A DNA stretch of 32,000 nucleotides from Candidatus Thorarchaeota archaeon (GTDB lineage: Archaea > Asgardarchaeota > Heimdallarchaeia > Hodarchaeales > Hodarchaeaceae): NCBI GenBank assembly GCA_048882505.1, contig JBHLRO010000003.1:150001-182000 (forward strand). Direction: 5' to 3'. The notes under the pieces are model-generated. The model had not been told where the DNA came from and made no database searches. It saw only the letters and a list, made by a program, of their open reading frames with translations. Below are positions 1 to 8,220 of the stretch, piece by piece (position 1 is the first letter of the stretch; each line of letters begins with the position of its first letter). Position numbers and translations under genes: made by a program.

Positions 1-11
1 AAGGGAAAGGA

Positions 12-1001
12 GTGAGAAAAAAGAGCCAGAGGAGGAGCGAAACAAAAAAGTCTTCTACTGTAGTTCGTAAGCATATTCGACCTCTAGGTAGATTCTTCGA
101 TAAGAAAATCTACCCTCCAGAGGCTTCTTTATCTCTAGAACCTAAAACAAGTAGTTTCCAATCACTAAATCGAGAAAAAAGACCATTGCTTGATAAGGAG
201 GTTCATTTTCATTATTTGACCGAAGATCAATTTCTCGATGATACTGAACCATTCCCATTTTCGACCCTTAATGAGTGGCTAATTTGGCATCATAACTATC
301 CCCAGTATGCGCATGTCCGAGAAGCGTATGATTTAAATGAAATTCCAGAAACCATGGATCTTGAGATATTCTGGGTGAACATTAAATCTGAACCTGAATT
401 CTTTAGTTCAACGTGGGAAATGCTTGGGGCAAAAATAGCGGATGTAAACTCTATCAAGTTCAATGGACTTCCGGAATTTTTGCCAGAGTGGAAGATCGGT
501 TCTATGGTAACAGATGGTTTTGCCTCGCTTTTTATGGATGTTTATCAATTATTGATGATAAACCCAAAGGGGATAGCAAATAATAGATATCCAATTTTTC
601 AGTTTGCGATGAAAGGGTTAACGCTCCTAGGTTCAACCTACATGGACAAAAAAACGGGACGATGGCACTGTATACTTAAAGATAATGAGCTTGAAATGAG
701 AATTAAGGTCCTAGATCAATTTGTTAATCAGCAAGAGACTCCTATAGGCTACGAACGAACACTGGATCCTCTTTTGGCCGTCAACAAATGGTATGGTGGG
801 ATTATCGCCTTCGATTTACTTGCGAGTCGCTCTACGTTCATGAGGGAGTTTACCAATGGAAAAACGGATTTAAAAGAAGACATAAAGATCGAAATGATAA
901 AAAATAGCATATTCAAGGAAGGAGTTATTCAGAAACTTGAGTCGGTGAAGGAATTGGATAGGTATACGGTCCTTCAAATAATCGCAAAGCTGAACAAGTA
1001 G
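12..1001 (+). CDS. Hypothetical protein (329 aa); may be 5'-partial
   Basis: Long ORF converging on tyrS with a 13-bp gap. No family motif recognised. The frame is open back to the window edge, so the start is uncertain. Confidence 0.6.
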   Translation: MRKKSQRRSETKKSSTVVRKHIRPLGRFFDKKIYPPEASLSLEPKTSSFQSLNREKRPLLDKEVHFHYLTEDQFLDDTEPFPFSTLNEWLIWHHNYPQYAHVREAYDLNEIPETMDLEIFWVNIKSEPEFFSSTWEMLGAKIADVNSIKFNGLPEFLPEWKIGSMVTDGFASLFMDVYQLLMINPKGIANNRYPIFQFAMKGLTLLGSTYMDKKTGRWHCILKDNELEMRIKVLDQFVNQQETPIGYERTLDPLLAVNKWYGGIIAFDLLASRSTFMREFTNGKTDLKEDIKIEMIKNSIFKEGVIQKLESVKELDRYTVLQIIAKLNK

Positions 1002-1014
1002 GATCGAACCCATC

Positions 1015-2091
1015 CTATCTGGTTACATCGAAACTTTCTACCTGATCTTTCAAATCTCGAAGTCGGTTGTTTGTATCAAATGCCCTTCTGACAGGATCTA
1101 CAAGATTATTTAATTCTCGTACAATTGCCTTCTTAAGATCCAACGGATGAATCTCCTTATCCTTAAAAGTCTTAGATAGCTCTGTGAAAGTAGAAAATAC
1201 AATGTCTCCACCAAATTTAGATGATCGTTCAACAGAGAGCTTCTTTCCGACTTCAAAAACGAGGTATTTCGCGTACTCAAGGATTGGATTTCCATCAACT
1301 ATGCCTTCTGGACAATAGGCTTTCTTTATCTTCCTTGAAATATCTGATTCAGTATCAGTCATGAATATTGCCGAATCAGGATTGGATTTCGACATCTTTA
1401 GATCCATGATTTTCGTTTCAAGGTTATCATAATGATTCTTTGGCGGTACAAGCCCTAACAACATATGATGACTGATAACTACAGGCTTTTTCCCGAAGAG
1501 TTTAGGACCTACCTCCCGAGCAAGCATATTTACTTTTCGTTGATCCAAGCCCAGTTGAGTGGCATCTAGATCCTGCCAAAAGATATCAGCACATTGCATA
1601 CAGGGATATAAAATGTGCGATGCCTGAAGAATCTCGGACTCTGATCGTCCCATAATTTGTGACGTTCTCAAGATTCGCTTTAAAGTGGAGTTTCGGGCGA
1701 TTCTCATGACCATTTTCCAATAGGCATCATCTTTGACAAAATCACTTACCCAAAGAAAATTTACCCGTTTGAGATTCATTCCCGTCAATCGCCAAACCTC
1801 AACTAGGTAATCTCCCGTCGTTTGGATCTTTTCCAAATCACCTCCCAACTTATTGTTGGCCCAGGCATGCCAATCCGCGATAAGCATATTAAATTCGGCG
1901 CCCGCTTCAATCATGCGGTTCACATTCGTTGCGCGCAAAATTCCTTGAGCAATATGAATACGGCCACTGGGTTCAAACCCATCATAGGTTTTGAAGGTTG
2001 AGTTTGCCTCTAGAAGCCTGACAAGTTCCTCCTCAGTAATAATTTCCTCACCAACACTTCGGATAAGCTTTAATCGTTGTTCAATGGTCAA
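1015..2091 (-). CDS. tyrS: Tyrosine--tRNA ligase, archaeal/eukaryotic type
   Basis: YDGFEPSGRIHIAQG (HIGH-like), IADWHAWANNK, YPCMQCADIF, GLDQRKVNMLARE and KMSKS motifs; TTG start. Confidence 0.97.
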   Translation of the reverse strand: MTIEQRLKLIRSVGEEIITEEELVRLLEANSTFKTYDGFEPSGRIHIAQGILRATNVNRMIEAGAEFNMLIADWHAWANNKLGGDLEKIQTTGDYLVEVWRLTGMNLKRVNFLWVSDFVKDDAYWKMVMRIARNSTLKRILRTSQIMGRSESEILQASHILYPCMQCADIFWQDLDATQLGLDQRKVNMLAREVGPKLFGKKPVVISHHMLLGLVPPKNHYDNLETKIMDLKMSKSNPDSAIFMTDTESDISRKIKKAYCPEGIVDGNPILEYAKYLVFEVGKKLSVERSSKFGGDIVFSTFTELSKTFKDKEIHPLDLKKAIVRELNNLVDPVRRAFDTNNRLRDLKDQVESFDVTR

Positions 2092-2226
2092 AAAAATCGC
2101 CTTAATAGTCAGGAAGCGTCACAGAGAGAGGTTTTTAAACCCTTACTTGATAGAAGATATAATTCGGAATATAAGATCTTCGAATATCCGCATATCGCCC
2201 ATAAACCTAGATTGGTTTTACCAAAA

Positions 2227-4218
2227 ATGAAATCACACAGAATATTACACGGTGATGTTTGGGCGTGTCTTCTAACCCTGAAAGATGCGTCCTTTGATTG
2301 TGTAATCACATCTCCACCATACTGGCAGCAGCGTAACTATGGTTTTCATGAGCAATTGGGCCGCGAAGATCGTTTGGAAGATTATCTTGCAAAATTGGTT
2401 CAAATATTCGATCTTCTTCGATATAAACTTGTTTCCAAAGGTGTATTCTACCTGAACCTAGGTGATAAATACATTGCAAAGTATGGAAACACGAGTCTTG
2501 CTTTGATTCCGTTCAAACTGGCCTTTTTCCTGAAAAAGTCTGGGTGGCGGCTAGAAGACATTTTAATTTGGTATAAACCAAACCATATGCCCAGTTCTGT
2601 GAAAAATCGATTCACAAATACCTACGAACCGATTTTCGTTTTGACACGGGAGCGTGATAACTATTATCAAGAATATAAGAAATATAATTCCTTTTCTTCC
2701 ATCTTGAAGGTCCCTCTTCAACCTCTTCAATACAAACATATGGCTTCGTTCCCCGAGAAGCTCGTGGAAACCCTATTATCTATGGGCCTTCCTGAAACAG
2801 CACGAATTCTTGATCCATTCGCAGGTTCTGGGACAACCTGTGCAGCAGTTCAAACCCAATCTTCTGGGTACTTTAATAGTGTCAAAATGACGTCAGTTAT
2901 GATTGAGGCTAATCCTGAATTCATTCGGATTATCCAGGAGAGATGTAAGATACAGAATTCAGCTATTACAAAGGTTTCATTCGAGAAATACTCTGTGAAA
3001 CCCCTTCCCAGGGATGGCCGAATTCCAGCTAAAACGAACAAGAAAGAGGTTCCTCTTCGTTCCTCTCGCTTAAATACAAATAGGGTCTTTTTAGAGATAT
3101 TTCAATCCACAGACGAGTTCAATACTTTTTATCCCGCATTAAATGATGAATCGTTTTATTCAGCAATGCCAAATGATGGAATCTGTTTCATAGGCCTTTC
3201 AAAACCTATTATTGAGGATATTATGACCTTTTCATACCTTGATAGATGGATTATAAGAAATATTATTGTTGTTCCGAAGAATGGGCATTGGTTACCGATT
3301 TTCTTCCTTGTTAAAGATATTAAGTCAGTTAAATATCGCTTTAATCTGGATAGAGTCCGTGTTTCTCTGCAAACGCCCCAGGAAAATTGGAAAAACACGA
3401 ATTTTTTAGGCTACAGGGTCGAGCGAACCCAAACACTATTCATTAATCCACGTTCGGGTAAAATCGCTAGAATATTAACTAAATTTGCTGATGGTTTACC
3501 TCATTGGGTGGTCGTACATTGGAATTCAGGAAATAATTCTATCGAAGAAGTTCTGGATGACAACAACAGTTTGCGAAAAATCCAAATGAATTGTCCATCT
3601 TGTCTATCATTATTGGCATCCTATTACAACCGCTCAAGCAAATTACATTGTCCTGACTGCAACACAGAACTTTGGGATTCCTGGGAGCGAATACCTGCTC
3701 TCAGCCTGCCTAAGAGAGAAGAGCCAGACATGGATCTCTGTGAAATAGGCCCACCTCAAACCCGGCCTATGTCAAAAGAATACAAAGGTAAATTCAAGAA
3801 TACGGAAAGAATGAATCGTGGCCAATCGCCAGGAGCGCGGTCATCCCTAGACGAGCCATTCTTTTCAGTAAAACGTTTTTTTTCTGTTAATCAACCTTTG
3901 GTTTGTGATTATTTGAACCTACACAGAAAGAAGAAGAACTTGACCAAGGTTGGTCTAACTAAACTCTTTCCCGTTAAATACGAACATACGGTGGGTCACT
4001 GGTTAAGGAAAGATATGGGTGGCAGCCTACCCAAGTCGGAGGACCTTCAAAAGCTAAATAAGATTCTTGATTTGGATAAAACATACCTCGAATACATAGG
4101 CCGAACTGGAATTAAATTGCAAACGGTTCAACTCACGAAAAAGGGGAAAAACCCAGGTGATTTCCTCGATTTTCCAATTAAAACGATAATATCAATGCTC
4201 CAAAAACTTGGAACATAA
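2227..4218 (+). CDS. Beta-class amino (N4-C/N6-A) DNA methyltransferase with C-terminal extension (degenerate second MTase half, Zn ribbon, XRE-type HTH)
   Basis: ITSPPYW (motif IV) precedes HMASFPEKL and ILDPFAGSGTT (motif I). Later come CPSC/CPDC, an HTH-like segment and GKNPGDF. ATG 2227 (MKSHRILHGD) is preferred over 2077, which overlaps the tyrS start. Confidence 0.9.
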   Translation: MKSHRILHGDVWACLLTLKDASFDCVITSPPYWQQRNYGFHEQLGREDRLEDYLAKLVQIFDLLRYKLVSKGVFYLNLGDKYIAKYGNTSLALIPFKLAFFLKKSGWRLEDILIWYKPNHMPSSVKNRFTNTYEPIFVLTRERDNYYQEYKKYNSFSSILKVPLQPLQYKHMASFPEKLVETLLSMGLPETARILDPFAGSGTTCAAVQTQSSGYFNSVKMTSVMIEANPEFIRIIQERCKIQNSAITKVSFEKYSVKPLPRDGRIPAKTNKKEVPLRSSRLNTNRVFLEIFQSTDEFNTFYPALNDESFYSAMPNDGICFIGLSKPIIEDIMTFSYLDRWIIRNIIVVPKNGHWLPIFFLVKDIKSVKYRFNLDRVRVSLQTPQENWKNTNFLGYRVERTQTLFINPRSGKIARILTKFADGLPHWVVVHWNSGNNSIEEVLDDNNSLRKIQMNCPSCLSLLASYYNRSSKLHCPDCNTELWDSWERIPALSLPKREEPDMDLCEIGPPQTRPMSKEYKGKFKNTERMNRGQSPGARSSLDEPFFSVKRFFSVNQPLVCDYLNLHRKKKNLTKVGLTKLFPVKYEHTVGHWLRKDMGGSLPKSEDLQKLNKILDLDKTYLEYIGRTGIKLQTVQLTKKGKNPGDFLDFPIKTIISMLQKLGT

Positions 4219-4245
4219 GACTATCAAGGAGCGTACTCGTTTATC

Positions 4246-6651
4246 CTAGAGCCGCGCCAAAAGATTGGTAACTTGCTGATCTAGATCTGGTAATATATCG
4301 CTAATTTGCAGCCTCGCTTCCCTCCGCATCGTCCCGTTCTTTTGAAATGTAAGATCAGAAAATCGTTCATGAGCTATTCTGCTGAACTCCGCCAAATCAC
4401 AGTGTAAAGAATCAGAAGGATTGAACTGAGGTATTGGGAACGATAATGGTCTCCTGTGGATAGCACGGCCCCCTCCTAGCCCTTGGGGTTGTAAAGGTTT
4501 GATCAGCTGATTTAATACGTTACTATTGAAGACAGCGCATAAATAATGGGCCTCTGAGCTTTCGTTTGTTTCAAAGAACCAGGTTTTTACGTCCGCTATG
4601 AACTGTGGTGGATTGCTGATGCCGATCAGCTTCAGATTTTTTTTATCAATGACACACGACGTTAAGTTCGTTCCAGTCCCGCTATAAGCGACTACATACC
4701 TTCGATCTGGGCTTTGGTACGAGATCAAATTATTATAGTTTAATCTTGCAAGAAGAGAAGGGAACCTTATTTTTGATTTCTCAGTACTGAGCTGGTTCCA
4801 TGTCTTTTCCGCCTGTGCGAACCAATCGTAAGTGTTCTTATCCCGTCCCTTTAGCTCGTCCAAGGTCAAAGGTTTATATGAGGAACCTTCATCAATTTTG
4901 TTAGAAAGGGGAAGAACTACCCATCTAAGTCGATTGTAGCCGAAGTTGAACATCTCCCAGGATAGTAGAGTTACGAAGAGGTAGGCATTTGAAGTCAGAC
5001 CTCTAAGGAAGATATCCTTCCACCGAGGCTTTGAGAGTGAATTTATTTCAGGATCGGTCTCAATCTTAACAAATGGGCCATTTCTTCCTCGGATGTCTAC
5101 GAAGTAAAAGTTCCTTGGGAAAATACTCAATCCAACTTTAAACAAATCATAATAACGCGATTTTTTTGTGCGGGAAGAGGGAGGGGAATATTTGGCTTCT
5201 CTAATACTAATTTTGCTTCTATAATTCCCGAACGTAACCCCGTTATTCGGGATATTTCCGTTCCAAATATTCATTTGAACTGGATACCGAGTTTTTTTCC
5301 CCTTTGTCGCAAAAAGGACGCAGGCGGGCATTTGGAAGAGAGGAGAGATTTCTTGAAGGTCCCAAATTTTGTCTATTCTCATTTGCGGCTTGTCGAAGGT
5401 TTTAAATTTCTCGTGCTGTTTTGCACCAGTTAAAACGCTTTTTGGCATAATAAACGCAAGCTTACCGCCCTCATTCAAGAAAAACTCAGAACATTTTACA
5501 AAGAATAACGTAGATAAATCTAGTTGAGTAAAAAGATGAACGTCAGTACTGGTTGCTAGCCCGAAATCAAGAAATTGCTTTTTTAAATGATCTTGGTGTT
5601 TTTTATCTCTTATCGACCTCAGTACGGTCCAAGGCGGGTTACCTACAACAATATCGAAATTGTTTCTCAAATGACCTTTATCATTAAGCTTAGGAAGTAG
5701 TTGAGCTTCTAAAGAGTCCCTAACAACTATTTCTAGGTAAAATCTTGGTCTTTTTTCAAGTACGTTGAATAAAACATTAGGGGGAATTGAAAGAATGTAA
5801 TTAATACGCGAAATATACACCGCTACGGGATTTATATCAAAACCACTAATGATTAAATAGTTGGCAGTCGTACTTTCACTTTTTCTTATCTTATAGTAGT
5901 ATTTAACTAGATTAACAATGAATGTCCCACTTCCACAAGCGGGATCTAGGAATTGGGGGCTCTTGTTTTCCCGTTTATGTTTCAGAGCTATCTCCCACCG
6001 TTTCCAGGTTTCATTTATGATAGCAAGGGCCAGCCAATCGGGGGTGTAAAACTCTCCTCTTTCATGTCTTGATGTTTTTTTTATCAGTTTTTCATACAGT
6101 TCCCCAAACAGGTCTTCCTCTATCTCCCAAATCGTTATATCATTCAGTATATTGAGTCCCTCGTTTTCTAAATTCTTGACAATAGTAATCCCTTCGGGCA
6201 ACGACTTCCATCGCATAAAAGGCAGCAATTCGTTATCGTTCAATTGAAAATCTATGAGGATTCTTTCCAGATATCCCTGCGGATCTGAATAAATCTTCTT
6301 CAAATTCATCAAATATGATCTAAGAATTAGATTGGCAATGAGTATTAAATAACATTGATTTATCCATAATTCTTTAGAGATCTCCTTATCGATTTGACTT
6401 TGCATGAATCTCCACTTCCACTGATGAAGATGACGATGTTTTTGCTTCCAATTTCCCGATTCAAACCAAAAGAGGTTCATTTGGGCTTTAAAGCTCGTAT
6501 AAACAGGGCTTTCTGTTCCGAAAAAGTTTAATAGTGTGATTTTGGAAAGCTGCACTGGCCAAAACGACTCCAGAGTATCTCCAGGAAATTCCTCTGCTTG
6601 TTTGACGAAATGGGGGTGAAAATATAAGTGAACACCAGTAATCCTAGACAT
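4246..6651 (-). CDS. Gamma-class N6-adenine DNA methyltransferase with C-terminal TRD-like region (Type IIG/Eco57I-like MTase part)
   Basis: LFGELYE...RHERGEFYTPDWLA, FLDPACGSGTF (motif I) before VVGNPPW (motif IV), C-terminal HYLCAVFNS...FPIP. No PD-(D/E)xK nuclease motif recognised at the N-terminus. Confidence 0.88.
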   Translation of the reverse strand: MSRITGVHLYFHPHFVKQAEEFPGDTLESFWPVQLSKITLLNFFGTESPVYTSFKAQMNLFWFESGNWKQKHRHLHQWKWRFMQSQIDKEISKELWINQCYLILIANLILRSYLMNLKKIYSDPQGYLERILIDFQLNDNELLPFMRWKSLPEGITIVKNLENEGLNILNDITIWEIEEDLFGELYEKLIKKTSRHERGEFYTPDWLALAIINETWKRWEIALKHKRENKSPQFLDPACGSGTFIVNLVKYYYKIRKSESTTANYLIISGFDINPVAVYISRINYILSIPPNVLFNVLEKRPRFYLEIVVRDSLEAQLLPKLNDKGHLRNNFDIVVGNPPWTVLRSIRDKKHQDHLKKQFLDFGLATSTDVHLFTQLDLSTLFFVKCSEFFLNEGGKLAFIMPKSVLTGAKQHEKFKTFDKPQMRIDKIWDLQEISPLFQMPACVLFATKGKKTRYPVQMNIWNGNIPNNGVTFGNYRSKISIREAKYSPPSSRTKKSRYYDLFKVGLSIFPRNFYFVDIRGRNGPFVKIETDPEINSLSKPRWKDIFLRGLTSNAYLFVTLLSWEMFNFGYNRLRWVVLPLSNKIDEGSSYKPLTLDELKGRDKNTYDWFAQAEKTWNQLSTEKSKIRFPSLLARLNYNNLISYQSPDRRYVVAYSGTGTNLTSCVIDKKNLKLIGISNPPQFIADVKTWFFETNESSEAHYLCAVFNSNVLNQLIKPLQPQGLGGGRAIHRRPLSFPIPQFNPSDSLHCDLAEFSRIAHERFSDLTFQKNGTMRREARLQISDILPDLDQQVTNLLARL

Positions 6652-6735
6652 CCTTTCGTACGTAATTCTGAAGGCTTTCTAACCTACCTGAAATCACGCG
6701 AACCATTGACGTGTCAAGGTTTACCATTCGCGTTA

Positions 6736-6876
6736 TACGTAGCAGATCAAGATAATGGATTAATAATTCTGAGTAAGGATCCATCAGTTACCGAAAGAAC
6801 TACATCTGTTTCCGTGCCACTGATATTCTTCCTAGTTTTCACTTTGGTAAGAAAGAGTAGAAAGGGTAACTATTGA
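6736..6876 (+). pseudogene. C-terminal remnant of an LVIVD-repeat membrane-anchored protein
   Basis: YVADQDNGLIIL is identical at 12/12 aa to the 29142..30269 protein (from codon 30117), differing only at synonymous positions. It is followed by a hydrophobic anchor, a basic tail and a stop. Upstream sequence is not homologous. Confidence 0.7.
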
Positions 6877-6947
6877 CACAATAGATCAATTAAACTCTGA
6901 TATTGGGACCGCGACCAAGTTTATCCCAAAATGAATTAACCCCGAAT

Positions 6948-7487
6948 TCATTTTACCCTTTTTCGGAGTATGCTGAACACAATCTGATCCGTGGAATATC
7001 TCCACCAGCAATTGGTAACTGTTTTGCTTTTTTCTGCAATTAGGTGGAAATAATCCCCCTTTTGATAGAACTCCCTTAGAACATCCAACGAGAATTGATG
7101 ACGAGCAGGCTGAAGGTTTAGTAGGACCCCATCGACTTTCAAAACACGCCATGCTTCATATAACGCCTCTTCAACGATCTGTTCTGAATTCATGCAGCAT
7201 AATGACCCAGTGTAAAAGATAATATCGAAGGCGTAAGGTACAAATGGTAAAAACTCCCCCGTTGCAACCTGAAAATCTAGTTTGGAGGATAGTGGTTGAG
7301 ACGAGGTATGAAGAGCTCTCTCAACGTCTTTCCTGTCTGGATCAATTGCAATTACCCGTTTAGCAAGTCCTGAAAACTTGAAAGTTAACCTCCCGTCCCC
7401 ACATCCGATTTCAAGGATATTTTTTCCCTTGAAGGTTATTATATCGTCAAACACTTCTAGAATAATCCCTTCAGGGCTTTTCTTCAC
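6948..7487 (-). CDS. Class I SAM-dependent methyltransferase (Methyltransf_11-like); C-terminus possibly degraded
   Basis: ILEIGCGDG (motif I), IAID, LPFVPYAFDIIF, EAWRVLKVDG. Confidence 0.8.
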   Translation of the reverse strand: MKKSPEGIILEVFDDIITFKGKNILEIGCGDGRLTFKFSGLAKRVIAIDPDRKDVERALHTSSQPLSSKLDFQVATGEFLPFVPYAFDIIFYTGSLCCMNSEQIVEEALYEAWRVLKVDGVLLNLQPARHQFSLDVLREFYQKGDYFHLIAEKSKTVTNCWWRYSTDQIVFSILRKRVK

Positions 7488-7591
7488 GATCCATCACCAA
7501 CACCGAAATTAGAACGGAGGTTAATTTCTCCTTCTTTCCTCTACTTCCCTGTTTCTAATACCAATAACAGTTTTTGGATCCTAAAATCACC

Positions 7592-7858
7592 TTAGGAACA
7601 AACAATACACTGTGCGATGACTTCCTCACCTTTGAGTTTGGTTCTTGCTCGCCCACATTCATTGCATACATTAGTTTGACACTTACGGCATGGCTGGAGA
7701 TGCTCAGTACAATAGGATTTACTACATCCTTCGCAAACAACGGAATTATCCTTGGTATTGAACTTTCAATACTCTTGACATTCAAAAAGATAATCAGGCG
7801 CGCAGTCTTCGCAAACTGGTTCCTCTGCAGTGTTCTTAAAATCGTAATAAGAGCTAAA
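7592..7858 (-). pseudogene. Fragment of a Cys-rich multi-zinc-finger protein with one in-frame TGA (not in ORF track)
   Basis: Manual translation: FSSYYDFKNTAEEPVCEDCAPDYLFECQEY*KFNTKDNSVVCEGCSKSYCTEHLQPCRKCQTNVCNECGRARTKLKGEEVIAQCIVCS*. TGA at 7766-7768; no start codon seen. Confidence 0.55.
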
Positions 7859-7862
7859 AACT

Positions 7863-8160
7863 AAGGGAGTTGGATACGTTGAATCGATAGACGATTTAGC
7901 CTACTTAACCAATTTTGATAAAGGGCTTCGAATTGTAAAAGTGTTGAATCCCGCAAATATATCAATTATGGCTGATTATGCAGCGGGAGATGAATATTTC
8001 TCAAAAAAAGTGTTTGATGACTAAGCATGTCTCGCTGGGATATAGGATGGGTTTGCAATTTTGAACGTAGGTGATCTTTTTAATCCAGTAGAAATTGGAC
8101 GTTACTCGGAAGGGGGACGAGTTAATAACGCATACATGGTAAAGGATTTCACATATGTTG
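7863..8160 (+). pseudogene. Internal fragment of an LVIVD-repeat protein with two premature stops
   Basis: One frame reads KGVGYVESIDDLAYLTNFDKGLRIVKVLNPANISIMADYAAGDEYFSKKVFDD*ACLAGI*DGFAILNVGDLFNPVEIGRYSEGGRVNNAYMVKDFTYV, colinear with the C-terminal repeats of 29142..30269. TAA at 8022-8024, TAG at 8043-8045. Confidence 0.8.
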
Positions 8161-8220
8161 TGATAAGAAATATCCTGCTCGAAATCCTAGGTTCTCTTGT
8201 ATGTGAAGCAAAAGATGTTA

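Noticed and set aside
2077-2226. Longer N-terminus of the beta-class MTase from the ORF track
   Set aside because: It overlaps the divergent tyrS start and leaves no promoter space; MTase homology begins at ATG 2227.
6706-6717. Palindrome TTGAC-GT-GTCAA upstream of the gamma MTase as an operator for the MTase HTH
   Set aside because: Only 5-bp arms, no matching copy upstream of the beta MTase, and it lies in rearranged DNA.
7555-7864. ORFs 7574..7864 (+) and 7555..7785 (-) as real genes
   Set aside because: No motifs; better explained as shadows of the Cys-rich minus-strand frame.
8022-8045. Stop-codon read-through (pyrrolysine) in the LVIVD fragment
   Set aside because: One stop is TAA, both fall at non-catalytic repeat positions, and the fragment lacks both ends; ordinary decay.
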